Origin: Candidatus Nomurabacteria bacterium RIFCSPLOWO2_01_FULL_42_17 | Lineage (GTDB): Bacteria; Patescibacteriota; Minisyncoccia; Phycocordibacterales; UBA9973 | Direction: 5' to 3' | Length of the DNA: 64,000 bases | Assembly (NCBI GenBank): GCA_001785985.1 | Contig: MFVE01000005.1 | Location: 233,771-297,770, forward strand | Shown here: one piece after another, positions 9,054-17,877 of the stretch | Numbering within the stretch: the stretch's first letter is position 1 | How the letters are laid out: each line of letters opens with the position of its first letter | Program-made: the position numbers and the translations under genes | Notes under the pieces: model-generated | Database searches by the model: none | What the model was told of the DNA's origin: nothing | What the model saw: only the letters and a program-made list of their open reading frames with translations

Positions 9054-9530
9054 ATGTCTTACTTTTCGTCGGGTCAGTTGAACCAGCTCGGGGACGCGCT
9101 GGAGAGAGCGGGATGGCTTCCCGAAGATGTGACTAATCTTGGTCAAGCGGGGAAAGCTCGCCTGGCTGAGATCAGACTGTCGCTCCAGAGAAATGACATC
9201 ATCACTCTGATTGAGACGAAGCAAACAGAGCCTTGGCTCCATGACGATCAAAAAGCGGATTTGATTGTTCAGGGCTATAAGATCTTGGCGTACCTCGATC
9301 AAAATGGCTTGCTTGATTCCTGCGCCAATCTCGGCGAACTGCGGTCCATCCAGTTCAAAGGGATAGAATTTTTCCAGCGATATTTCGCCGGCAAAGTTAT
9401 CTTTGGCTGGGGAGGGGTTGATGGTGAGAGCGTGCCATGCTTGTTCGTGTTTCAAGGGGAGGTGGTGCAGTCTCGGCGCCAACTCAACAATCGTTGGCAT
9501 ATAGATGACCCTGGTTTACGTCGCATTTGA
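9054..9530 (+). CDS. Hypothetical protein (158 aa) on a GC-rich insert inside the pilus operon
   Basis: Strong SD (aaaggag, N6, ATG). It has its own promoter and terminator and about 50% GC against a 35-40% background. No family recognised. The antisense ORF 9012..9500 is rejected. Confidence 0.55.
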   Translation: MSYFSSGQLNQLGDALERAGWLPEDVTNLGQAGKARLAEIRLSLQRNDIITLIETKQTEPWLHDDQKADLIVQGYKILAYLDQNGLLDSCANLGELRSIQFKGIEFFQRYFAGKVIFGWGGVDGESVPCLFVFQGEVVQSRRQLNNRWHIDDPGLRRI

Positions 9531-9561
9531 TTGCCACGGCGATAACGTCCATCCACACACA

Positions 9562-9607
9562 GGTGAGCTGTCGGATTATTCCGCGCTCACCCGTTTTTTA
9601 TTTTTAT
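9562..9607 (+). terminator. Rho-independent terminator after the 9054 gene
   Basis: ggtgagc-tgtcggattattccgc-gctcacc followed by ccgttttttatttttat. Confidence 0.6.
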
Positions 9608-9628
9608 ATGTTAAAATATAACCTACCG

Positions 9629-10846
9629 ATGCTTTTTTCTTACACAGCAAAATCAAAAGCGGGTGGAATCGTAGAAGGCGTGCAAAGCTCGGCGGATCGC
9701 CTCGCGCTCGCCCGGGAATTGCGCAGTCGCGGGGACATACCCTTGTCGATCAGAGAAAAAGATAAAAATTTTTTAGCTAAAATATCGACTCTTACAAATA
9801 TTTTTTCCAAAGTCAGTGTCAATGAGCAGATTATTTTCACCAAGAATCTAAGCGGGATGGTCAAGGCGGGGCTGTCCCTCTACCGAGCTTTATCTGTTTT
9901 AAAAAAGCAGACTAAAAATCCTAAAATGAGTACTATTCTAGCGTCTCTGACAGACGAGATAAATTCTGGAGGGACGCTTTCCTCTGGGCTGGCAAAATTT
10001 CCTGATGTTTTTTCAACTCTTTTTGTCTCAATGGCTAAAGCCGGTGAAGAGTCCGGCAATCTCGCCGGGGCGCTCTCGGATATTGGATTGAATTTAGAGA
10101 AGTCGCATGCTTTGACGAAAAAAATAAAAAGCGCGCTCATTTATCCGGGAGTTATTCTCTCCGCGATGGTGGTGATTGCCGTGCTGATGTTTGCTTTTGT
10201 GGTGCCGACTCTGGCCGGCACCTTCAAAGAGCTCGGGGTTACGCTACCCACTTCTACTCGCGTCCTCATTTTCATTGGTAATTTTTTCTCTCATCATTTA
10301 ATATTCACTTTTATTATTATCATTGGCATGGCTTTGGGCTTGTATCTGATTTTTCGCTCTAAATTTATGGCTAGATATATTGATTATATTATTGTTAGGC
10401 TTCCAATCATCGGGAATTTAGCCAAAGAATTAAATACCGCTCGCACTGCTCGCACCATGTCTTCTCTCTTGTCTTCTGGAGTCCCCATCACTCGTGCAGT
10501 CGAGATCACGGGAGACGTGGTTCAGAATATTTATTATAAAAAAGTTTTGAATGAAGCTAAAACTGGCATAGAAAAAGGCGCCCCATTTTCTAGAGCCTTT
10601 GAAATGAATAATAAACTTTATCCGGTTATGATGTCGGAAATGGTTCAAGTCGGGGAAGAAACCGGAAAATTGTCAGATATGCTGTTAGAAATTTCTTTGT
10701 TCTATGAAGGTGAAATTGAAAATAAAACTAAAAATCTCTCCACGATTATTGAGCCTCTCTTGATGATCGTGATCGGCGCGGGAGTTGGCTTTTTCGCCAT
10801 CTCGATGATTTCGCCACTTTATTCGATTTTAGGCAGTATAAAATAA
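9629..10846 (+). CDS. pilC: Type IV pilus platform protein PilC (GspF family)
   Basis: Two T2SSF repeats and three to four TM segments. The tracked ORF starts at a TTG at 9527. The start chosen is the ATG giving MLFSYTAKSKAGGIVEG (typical PilC N-terminus). An alternative ATG lies at 9608. Confidence 0.85.
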   Translation: MLFSYTAKSKAGGIVEGVQSSADRLALARELRSRGDIPLSIREKDKNFLAKISTLTNIFSKVSVNEQIIFTKNLSGMVKAGLSLYRALSVLKKQTKNPKMSTILASLTDEINSGGTLSSGLAKFPDVFSTLFVSMAKAGEESGNLAGALSDIGLNLEKSHALTKKIKSALIYPGVILSAMVVIAVLMFAFVVPTLAGTFKELGVTLPTSTRVLIFIGNFFSHHLIFTFIIIIGMALGLYLIFRSKFMARYIDYIIVRLPIIGNLAKELNTARTARTMSSLLSSGVPITRAVEITGDVVQNIYYKKVLNEAKTGIEKGAPFSRAFEMNNKLYPVMMSEMVQVGEETGKLSDMLLEISLFYEGEIENKTKNLSTIIEPLLMIVIGAGVGFFAISMISPLYSILGSIK

Positions 10847-11307
10847 TGACCAAAAACTTTTTTAAAAAGGGAATAACTCTCGTAGAAGTATTGATTGTCT
10901 GCTCCGTACTCGGCATAATCCTTGCGGTTGTTATCCCACAATTTGCAAAGACTAGAGAACTGCAAGTGCTGAAGTCCGCCACAGGCGATATTTTGTCTTC
11001 TTTAAATAAAGCGCGTTCGCAGACGTTGGCGTCCCTAAATTCTTCTTCATATGGAGTGCATTTTCAATCTAATAAAGTTATAATTTTCAAAGGCACAGTT
11101 TTCTCACAAAGCGATATAAACAATGAAACGGTAGCCATCACTTCGCCCGCGACTATATCATCCATCACCTTGGTGGGAGGAGGCGCAGATATTTATTTTA
11201 ATAGGCTAAGCGGTGTGCCCAGCAAGACGGGATCGGTAATTGTTTCCGGCCCGAATTTTACTAAAACTATCACAATAGATGCTACGGGTGCTGCAAGTGT
11301 GAATTAA
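10846..11307 (+). CDS. Type IV (pseudo)pilin, prepilin-type N-terminal cleavage/methylation domain
   Basis: KKG|ITLVEVLIVCSVLGIILAVVIP (G-1, E+5, hydrophobic helix). Confidence 0.75.
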   Translation: MTKNFFKKGITLVEVLIVCSVLGIILAVVIPQFAKTRELQVLKSATGDILSSLNKARSQTLASLNSSSYGVHFQSNKVIIFKGTVFSQSDINNETVAITSPATISSITLVGGGADIYFNRLSGVPSKTGSVIVSGPNFTKTITIDATGAASVN

Positions 11308-11844
11308 ATGATGAAAATTTTTTCAAAAAATAAAGGTTTCACCCCCACACCTTTTAAAAGAAAAGGTGTGAGCCTACGAAGTAGGCGGGGGTTCATGGTA
11401 ATCGAAATATTAGTCGCTGTTTCGATCATCACTGCTTCGATCTTAGCGGCAATGACAGTTACTCAAAAATCCATTCATGTTTCCCGCCAAGCTTTTCACA
11501 CCACTCAGGCGGCATTTCTACTAGAAGAGGGAGCCGAAGCGATGCGCATTGCACGCGACAATGCGTGGAGCAATATTTCTGCACTCACTGTTGGCGCAAA
11601 TTATTATCCTACTTTTTCGGGAGGTACTTGGACATTGTCAGCTGTGGCGAATACGGTGGGAATTTTTACCCGTACGGTAGTTTTGGCAGATGTGAAGCGT
11701 GATAATACTACTAAAGACATCACGAGCTCGAGTGGAACAGTAGATGTCGGAACAAAGCTAGTCACTGTCACAGTATCCTGGATGGAGGGAGGAACGACAG
11801 TCGCTAAAACTTTGGAATTTTATATAATGGATATTTTTTCATGA
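11308..11844 (+). CDS. Prepilin-like protein (long leader peptide)
   Basis: RRG|FMVIEILVAVSIITASILAA has the prepilin motif, with a 28-aa basic leader. Confidence 0.6.
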   Translation: MMKIFSKNKGFTPTPFKRKGVSLRSRRGFMVIEILVAVSIITASILAAMTVTQKSIHVSRQAFHTTQAAFLLEEGAEAMRIARDNAWSNISALTVGANYYPTFSGGTWTLSAVANTVGIFTRTVVLADVKRDNTTKDITSSSGTVDVGTKLVTVTVSWMEGGTTVAKTLEFYIMDIFS

Positions 11845-12347
11845 TCAAAGTTACAAATTACAAAAATTTAAACGACGGTTATACAATATTTGAACTTCTG
11901 TTTTATATTTCTTTTTTCGCTCTGCTTTCTTTGTTAGTGATCAATGCGATGGTTACGATGACCAAATCATTTAAGGAAACTGCAATTCAAGCAGAGTTAG
12001 CGCAGAGCGGATCGATTATGGAAAAAATGTCTAGGGAAATCAGGCAAGCCTATGATATAAGTTCGATTAATTCTACTGACTTGAATTTGAATACTACGGA
12101 CAGCGCGGGCGCAGAAAAAACAGTGGAATTTTTACTTTCTGGCTCCAATGTACAATTTTTGGAAAATAGTGTTTTAACTGGCAATTTAAATGCACCGAAT
12201 ATCGTAGTCACGGGTCTCTCATTTACGCAAATAATTACTGCCAAAGGCAAAGCAGTCAAGATAGTTCTTTCTGTTCGCTCCAGTAATGATAGTCTCGCTC
12301 GCGTCCAAGATTTTTATGATACAGTCGTGTTGCGAGGAAACTATTAA
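11841..12347 (+). CDS. Prepilin-like protein
   Basis: NDG|YTIFELLFYISFFALLSLLVINA has the prepilin motif. The ORF overlaps the previous gene by 4 nt. Confidence 0.6.
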   Translation: MIKVTNYKNLNDGYTIFELLFYISFFALLSLLVINAMVTMTKSFKETAIQAELAQSGSIMEKMSREIRQAYDISSINSTDLNLNTTDSAGAEKTVEFLLSGSNVQFLENSVLTGNLNAPNIVVTGLSFTQIITAKGKAVKIVLSVRSSNDSLARVQDFYDTVVLRGNY

Positions 12348-12384
12348 TTATAAAGTTCGTAAAGTAGAAAGTTATAAAGTAAAA

Positions 12385-13641
12385 ATGCAGAAAAAAATAA
12401 AAATAAAAAAAAATAGTGGCGCGGCGATGCTGATATCTGTTATCTTTTTTCTTTTTATTTCCTTGGCAATAATTGCCGGGCTGGTTTCGCCCACCGTTCG
12501 TGAATTCAAGAATGCCAGTGTTAATTTAAATTCAAAGAAATCATATTTCTTGGCTGAATCGGGAGTGGAAGATGCATATTTTCGTTTGAAAACCGCTAAA
12601 ACAATTGGATCCACTGAAACTATTACTTTAGGAGGCAATTCGACTACGACCACGATCACAGATTCGGCATATAATGAGAAGACCATTTCTTCTTTGGGCG
12701 ATGTAAATTCTTTTCAAAGAAAAAGTAAAATTATATTAAATGTCGGGGACGGGGTCTCTTTCAGTTATGGTATTCAAGCTGGGGCTGGGGGCTTTGTTCT
12801 CGGAAATGCAACAATCTTTGGCAATGTTTATTCAAACGGAACTATTATAGGAACTAACGGCGCCACTATCACTGGATCTGCTTTTTCCGCTGGAGCTTCT
12901 GGTCTGATTGATAATATCAATATAGGACTGGCAGGCACAGGGGATGCTAGAGCTCACACTGTTACTGGTTCCACTATTGCTGGCAATCTTTATTGTCAAA
13001 CTGGAACCGGCAACAATAAATCCTGTAATACTTCAGAGCTTGATCCGGATCCAGTCGACATGCCTATTACGGAAGCTATGTTTGATGAATGGAAAGCCGA
13101 TGCTGAATTAGGGGGAACCATTGTTGGTAATTTAACTATCTCGTCGCCGACAACCTTAGGACCTAAAAAGATTACTGGTAATTTAGCCATCAATAGCGAT
13201 CTAACCATTACCGGCACTATTTATGTGGTTGGAAACATAACCACCAACAACGGCGCGGAAGTTTCTTTAAGTAGTTCTTATGAATCTACCGGTGGTATTA
13301 TTGTCACTGATGGACAGGTGACTCTCTCTAATAATGTTATGTTTTTTGGTTCCGGCAGTGAAGGGTCTTATGTGCTACTGACGACCACCAGCGCTTGTCC
13401 CTCTGGATGTTCTGGCGTAAATGCGATGGAGATTTTAAATAACGTCGGAGCAATACTTGTAAATGCTCAAAATGGTACGGTGCATCTAAACAACAATGTC
13501 GAATTAAGTGAAGTGGTGGGGTACAAAATTATCGTGGATAATAGCGCGGAGGTGACTTACCTATCTGGTTTAGCAAACACTCTTTTTACTTCGGGTCCTT
13601 CCGGCGGATGGGATATTACAAGCTGGGGGGAAGCTCAATAG
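12385..13641 (+). CDS. Large pilus-associated protein (N-terminal TM helix, Gly/Thr/Asn-rich beta-helix-like repeats); possible tip adhesin or minor pilin
   Basis: The start is moved to the ATG at 12385 (MQKKIKIKKNSGAAMLISVIFFLFISLAIIAGLV). Repetitive G/N/T-rich sequence follows. It is the last gene of the pilin cluster. Confidence 0.5.
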   Translation: MQKKIKIKKNSGAAMLISVIFFLFISLAIIAGLVSPTVREFKNASVNLNSKKSYFLAESGVEDAYFRLKTAKTIGSTETITLGGNSTTTTITDSAYNEKTISSLGDVNSFQRKSKIILNVGDGVSFSYGIQAGAGGFVLGNATIFGNVYSNGTIIGTNGATITGSAFSAGASGLIDNINIGLAGTGDARAHTVTGSTIAGNLYCQTGTGNNKSCNTSELDPDPVDMPITEAMFDEWKADAELGGTIVGNLTISSPTTLGPKKITGNLAINSDLTITGTIYVVGNITTNNGAEVSLSSSYESTGGIIVTDGQVTLSNNVMFFGSGSEGSYVLLTTTSACPSGCSGVNAMEILNNVGAILVNAQNGTVHLNNNVELSEVVGYKIIVDNSAEVTYLSGLANTLFTSGPSGGWDITSWGEAQ

Positions 13642-13659
13642 ATTAGCTTGTAGCTTGTA

Positions 13660-13698
13660 CCTGCCCGCAATGCTGAAGCATAGCTTTTGCAGGCGGGG
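13660..13698. repeat. GC-rich palindromic repeat, family A, copy 2
   Basis: cctgcccgcaatgctgaagcatagcttttgcaggcgggg. It is nearly identical to the copy at 35053-35092. Confidence 0.7.
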
Positions 13699-13721
13699 TT
13701 TGTAGGTGTTAGAATGAAATA

Positions 13722-14504
13722 ATGGCAAAGAAAATTATTATTGGTAATTGGAAAATGAATCCACTTACATTTAAAGAGGCGGAAAAAATTTTTAAATCTG
13801 TACTACAAGCTACGCACTACAAGCTAACTGCTGAAATAGTTATCTGCCCGCCATTTATTTATCTTGAGTCGTTTTCACGTTTACTACAAGCTACACGCTA
13901 CAAGCTAAAACCTAGTTTAGGCGCGCAAGACGCTTTTTGGGAACAAACGGGCGCTTTTACCGGAGAAGTTTCAGCAGAGATGCTCTATGGCGCTGGCGCT
14001 AAATATGTAATTTTAGGGCATTCGGAAAGGCGAGCAATGGGGGAGAATGACAATGATGTAAATCAAAAAATAAAAGCATCACTGCGAGCTGGCCTCATAC
14101 CGATACTCTGCGTGGGGGAAAACGTGCGAGATGAAAATCATGATTATTTTAATCTGGTCAAAACGCAGTTGCGGGAATGTCTGGCGGGGGTTTCTAAAAA
14201 CTCAATTGCAAAAGTTATTATCGCCTACGAGCCGGTCTGGGCTATCTCTACGACGATCGGCCGCAAAGATGCGACGGCTGTCGACTCTCTCGAAATGTCT
14301 ATTTTTATTCGTAAAGTGCTTTCCGATAAATTTGGTTCTGATGCCGAGAAGACGAAGATTATTTATGGTGGCTCGGTGAATGAGAAAGACGCTGGTGAAT
14401 TTTTGAAAAATGGTGGCGTGGATGGTCTTCTCGTCGGTCGCGCGAGTTTGGATGCTAAAAAGTTTTCTGAGATTATTCATATCGCTGAAAATTTAGTAAA
14501 GTGA
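13722..14504 (+). CDS. tpiA: Triosephosphate isomerase
   Basis: GNWKMN, GHSERR, AYEPVWAI, YGGSV. It contains an in-frame tandem duplication (LQATHYKLTAE / LQATRYKLKPS). Confidence 0.9.
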   Translation: MAKKIIIGNWKMNPLTFKEAEKIFKSVLQATHYKLTAEIVICPPFIYLESFSRLLQATRYKLKPSLGAQDAFWEQTGAFTGEVSAEMLYGAGAKYVILGHSERRAMGENDNDVNQKIKASLRAGLIPILCVGENVRDENHDYFNLVKTQLRECLAGVSKNSIAKVIIAYEPVWAISTTIGRKDATAVDSLEMSIFIRKVLSDKFGSDAEKTKIIYGGSVNEKDAGEFLKNGGVDGLLVGRASLDAKKFSEIIHIAENLVK

Positions 14505-14514
14505 AGTTTTTGCA

Positions 14515-14554
14515 TGGTCTGGCCGGGGTGGGGGGCCCCGGGGAACCGAGGACC
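14515..14554. repeat. GC-rich 40-nt palindromic repeat, family B, copy 1 (intergenic tpiA-pgk)
   Basis: tggtctggccggggtggggggccccggggaaccgaggacc. It is identical to the copy at 16584-16623. Confidence 0.8.
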
Positions 14555-14591
14555 TGAAAAAATTTTACTTTACTAAACTTTTTGTAAAAAC

Positions 14592-15728
14592 ATGCGAAGC
14601 ATTGAACAAATAAAAAATATAAAAGGAAAAACTGTACTTTTGCGGGTGGATTTTAATGTACCTATGAAGCCTGCCCGCCGAAGAGGAGGGGACGGCGTGG
14701 TGGAGGATGATTTTCGAATTAAAAAAGCTCTGCCGACGATAGAATTTTTACAGAAAAAAAATGCAAAAATAATTTTGATTACGCATTTAGGGACTGGCGG
14801 AGAGACTTTGGCCGGAGTGGCAAAAGTTTTAAATAAATTTATCAAAGTTACTTTTGTCCCCGAAATTGTTGGCCCAAAAGTTTCGCAGGTGGTTCGAGAC
14901 ATGAAAGAAGGCGAGGTAATCTTGTTGGAAAATTTGAGGAATGATAAGGGAGAAAAAGAATGTAACGAAATTTTTGCGATGAGTTTGGCAAAATTAGCCG
15001 ATATTTATGTAAACGAGGCTTTCCCTGTTGATCACAGAGAGGATGCTTCTATTGTTCTCTTGCCAAAGCTATTGCCTGCATACGCAGGTATCCAGTTATC
15101 CGAGGAAGTGAAAAACTTATCTCGCGCTTTCAAAAATTCCAAGCACCCCTTCTTATTTATTTTAGGTGGAGCTAAATTTTCCACTAAAATGCCTTTAATC
15201 GAGAAGTATTTGAAATTATCAGATTATGTTTTCGTCGGCGGAGCGCTGGCGAATGATTTTTTGAAAGCGCGTGGATATGAGATAGGCAAATCCCTTTTTG
15301 ATAACACTGATTATGATTTTAAAAAAGTATTAAAGAATCCAAAACTTATTTTACCAGTTGATGTTGTTGTCAAAAAAGGAGATAAATCAATTAATAAAAA
15401 GATAAACGAGATAGAAAAAGATGAAAACATTTTAGACATTGGAGAAGAGTCTGTGAAAAATCTTAGTCTACTTATTAAAAAGTCTAAATTTATATTATGG
15501 AATGGACCACTGGGTAAATATGAAGACGGCGGAGCAGAGTCTACGAAAGAAGTATTAAAATTGGTTGCAGCTTCAAAAGCGGAAAGTATTATCGGCGGAG
15601 GAGATACAGTCGCTCTAATCACCCAGATGAAAATGGAAAAAGATTTTTCTTTTATATCAACTGGTGGTGGAGCGACGCTAGATTTCCTCGCAGACGGCAC
15701 TCTGCCCGGCATCAAAGCGCTTGAGTGA
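14592..15728 (+). CDS. pgk: Phosphoglycerate kinase
   Basis: VLLRVDFNVP, a hinge and the C-terminal nucleotide-binding domain (GGGDT, GGGA). 378 aa. Confidence 0.9.
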   Translation: MRSIEQIKNIKGKTVLLRVDFNVPMKPARRRGGDGVVEDDFRIKKALPTIEFLQKKNAKIILITHLGTGGETLAGVAKVLNKFIKVTFVPEIVGPKVSQVVRDMKEGEVILLENLRNDKGEKECNEIFAMSLAKLADIYVNEAFPVDHREDASIVLLPKLLPAYAGIQLSEEVKNLSRAFKNSKHPFLFILGGAKFSTKMPLIEKYLKLSDYVFVGGALANDFLKARGYEIGKSLFDNTDYDFKKVLKNPKLILPVDVVVKKGDKSINKKINEIEKDENILDIGEESVKNLSLLIKKSKFILWNGPLGKYEDGGAESTKEVLKLVAASKAESIIGGGDTVALITQMKMEKDFSFISTGGGATLDFLADGTLPGIKALE

Positions 15729-16065
15729 TTTTTTGAGCGTTTCCTTTTAGATCTTTTTCATTGCCAGTAATTTCTGGCCAGACCCAGATATGGGCATGAG
15801 GAATTTCTTCCCCATAAATTTGAGAGCGGACGATTTCCGCGTTAAATGCTTTTTTCTGAGCCAAAGCTATTTTTTTAGCAACTTCAAAATATTCTCCAAC
15901 ATTTGGCACATCCCAAACCCATCTATAATGTTGTTTCGGTATTATCTGGGTATGTCCCGCGGCTTTCGGATGTATGTCTAAAAAAGCCAAAAAGTTTTCA
16001 TCTTCGTAGACTATTTCGGCCGGTATTTCTTTTTTAACTATTTTACAAAAAATACAATCATTCAT
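15712..16065 (-). CDS. HIT-family (histidine triad) hydrolase
   Basis: CIFCKI...YEDENFLAFLDIHPKAAGHTQIIPKQH. The 3' end overlaps pgk convergently by 17 nt. Confidence 0.75.
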   Translation of the reverse strand: MNDCIFCKIVKKEIPAEIVYEDENFLAFLDIHPKAAGHTQIIPKQHYRWVWDVPNVGEYFEVAKKIALAQKKAFNAEIVRSQIYGEEIPHAHIWVWPEITGNEKDLKGNAQKITQAL

Positions 16066-16101
16066 AAGTATATTGTATCAAATTATGTTAAAATTTTCTC
16101 T

Positions 16102-17856
16102 ATGTCTGAATTACTTGATATTTTGCTTGAAAAAAGGGGGATTACACCCGAACAGAAAGATATTTTTTTGAATCCGGATTACAAGCGAGATTTACACGAC
16201 CCTTTTTTGATGCGAGATATGGAAAAGGCCTGCGTACGACTCTATGAAGCAATAGATAATAAAGAAAAAATCTTAATTTATGCGGATTATGATTGCGATG
16301 GGATACCCGGAGCGGTGATTTTGAATGACCTTTTTAAATTGATAGGGTATAAAAATTATGAAGTTTATATTCCGCAAAGAAATTCCGAAGGCTATGGACT
16401 CAATCTGGAAGCAATAAAAAAATTTGCTGAATCAGGCGTGAAACTTCTGATCACGATTGACCTCGGCATTACAGCCGTAGCGGAAGTGGCTCAAGCAGAA
16501 GTGGATGGCATTGATGTGATAATTACAGACCATCACTTGCCTCGCCTAGCTCAAAAAGATTCGCAAGCAGAGGATTTTCGAGCTGGTCTGGCCGGGGTGG
16601 GGGGCCCCGGGGAACCGAGGACCCGAGAAAATCCTCTGGTTGCTGAATCTTTCATTCTTCCTCGTGCTTGTGCAATCTTGAATCCGAAGGTAGACAGTTA
16701 TCCCGAAAAGATGTTGTGCGGGGCGGGGGTTGTTTTCAAATTTGTACAGGGATTTATAAAAAAATATGGCGAATATTTTAAGATTCGAGAGGGCGCAGAA
16801 AAATGGATGTTAGATATGGCTGGGCTCGCGACGCTTTCTGATATGGTTCCACTAACAGGAGAGAATAGAGCTTTGGCGTATTTTGGAATGAAGGTGTTAA
16901 AGAAATCTCCTCGTCCGGGCTTGCAAAAACTTTTAGCCAAGATGAATATTGAGCAGAAATATCTCTCGCCGGACGATATAGGCTTTATGGTTACGCCACG
17001 GCTGAACGCCGCGTCTAGGATGGATGATCCGATGCGGGCGTTTGAACTTTTGGCGACAGAAGACGAAGCGCAAGGTGGGATACTCGCGAATCATTTGTCT
17101 AAAATAAATGATGAAAGGAAAACCATTGTGACAAGTATCATGCGAGAAGTTCATAAGAAATTTGAAACGGAAACGACGTCTGAGGTGATAGTGATAGGCA
17201 ATCCGAAATGGCGAGTCGGCATCCTCGGATTAGTAGCGGGAAAAATTTGTGATCAATATGAAAAGCCCGTCTTTGTTTGGGGTAAAGATGAGAATGATTG
17301 CATCAAGGGGTCTTGTCGGAGCGATGGCTCGGTCTCGGTGGTAGAACTCATGACTGAAACTGCGGGATCTTTTATAGATTTTGGCGGTCATGAGCTGGCT
17401 GGGGGTTTTACGGTTGAAACTGAGAAAATTCATTTCTTACAAGAGCAATTGTCTTTGAATTTTAAAAAAGTGAAGCGAGATAAACTGGATGATATCGCAA
17501 ATTATGATATTAAGTCCGGCTTAGATATTGTCAATATGAAAAGCTGGCGTGAAATAGAGAAGCTTGAGCCTTTCGGACTGGGTAATTCCAAACCCATCTT
17601 CCTTTTTGAGGGAGCAAAAATAGAAAAAATAAAAAAATTCGGCAAAAATGGCTCTGGCGAGCATTTGGAAATTATTTTTTCTGATTCATCTAATTCTCAC
17701 GGTAAAAAAGCTAAAGCTATTTCTTTTTTCTCTAATATTGATTCTTTTAAAAAGAAATTGGAAGAAGGACTTGGTGTAAATTTGCTCGCCACTTTTGATT
17801 TATCTAGATTTAGAGGTAGGGAAGAGCTAAGATTGCGGATAGAAGATATTTTTTAA
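16102..17856 (+). CDS. recJ: Single-stranded-DNA-specific exonuclease RecJ (DHH/DHHA1)
   Basis: DYDCDGI and ITDHH motifs and a DHHA1 C-terminal region. It carries the in-frame 40-nt GC-rich repeat, translated as AGLAGVGGPGEPRT. Confidence 0.85.
   Translation: MSELLDILLEKRGITPEQKDIFLNPDYKRDLHDPFLMRDMEKACVRLYEAIDNKEKILIYADYDCDGIPGAVILNDLFKLIGYKNYEVYIPQRNSEGYGLNLEAIKKFAESGVKLLITIDLGITAVAEVAQAEVDGIDVIITDHHLPRLAQKDSQAEDFRAGLAGVGGPGEPRTRENPLVAESFILPRACAILNPKVDSYPEKMLCGAGVVFKFVQGFIKKYGEYFKIREGAEKWMLDMAGLATLSDMVPLTGENRALAYFGMKVLKKSPRPGLQKLLAKMNIEQKYLSPDDIGFMVTPRLNAASRMDDPMRAFELLATEDEAQGGILANHLSKINDERKTIVTSIMREVHKKFETETTSEVIVIGNPKWRVGILGLVAGKICDQYEKPVFVWGKDENDCIKGSCRSDGSVSVVELMTETAGSFIDFGGHELAGGFTVETEKIHFLQEQLSLNFKKVKRDKLDDIANYDIKSGLDIVNMKSWREIEKLEPFGLGNSKPIFLFEGAKIEKIKKFGKNGSGEHLEIIFSDSSNSHGKKAKAISFFSNIDSFKKKLEEGLGVNLLATFDLSRFRGREELRLRIEDIF
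16584..16623. repeat. GC-rich 40-nt palindromic repeat, family B, copy 2 (in-frame inside recJ)
   Basis: An exact copy of 14515-14554, positioned by counting codons from the recJ start. Confidence 0.8.
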
Positions 17857-17877
17857 TACTAATGATAAGATAAACTT

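Noticed and set aside
9012-9500. 162-aa ORF antisense to the 9054..9530 gene
   Set aside because: The plus-strand ORF has a consensus promoter, a strong SD and a downstream terminator, and the minus ORF has none. Long ORFs on both strands are expected in GC-rich DNA.
9527-9628. pilC start at the TTG at 9527 as tracked
   Set aside because: That stretch contains the terminator hairpin of the upstream inserted gene and a T-tract. The PilC-like N-terminus (MLFSYTAKSKAGGIVEG) starts at the ATG at 9629, with an alternative at 9608.
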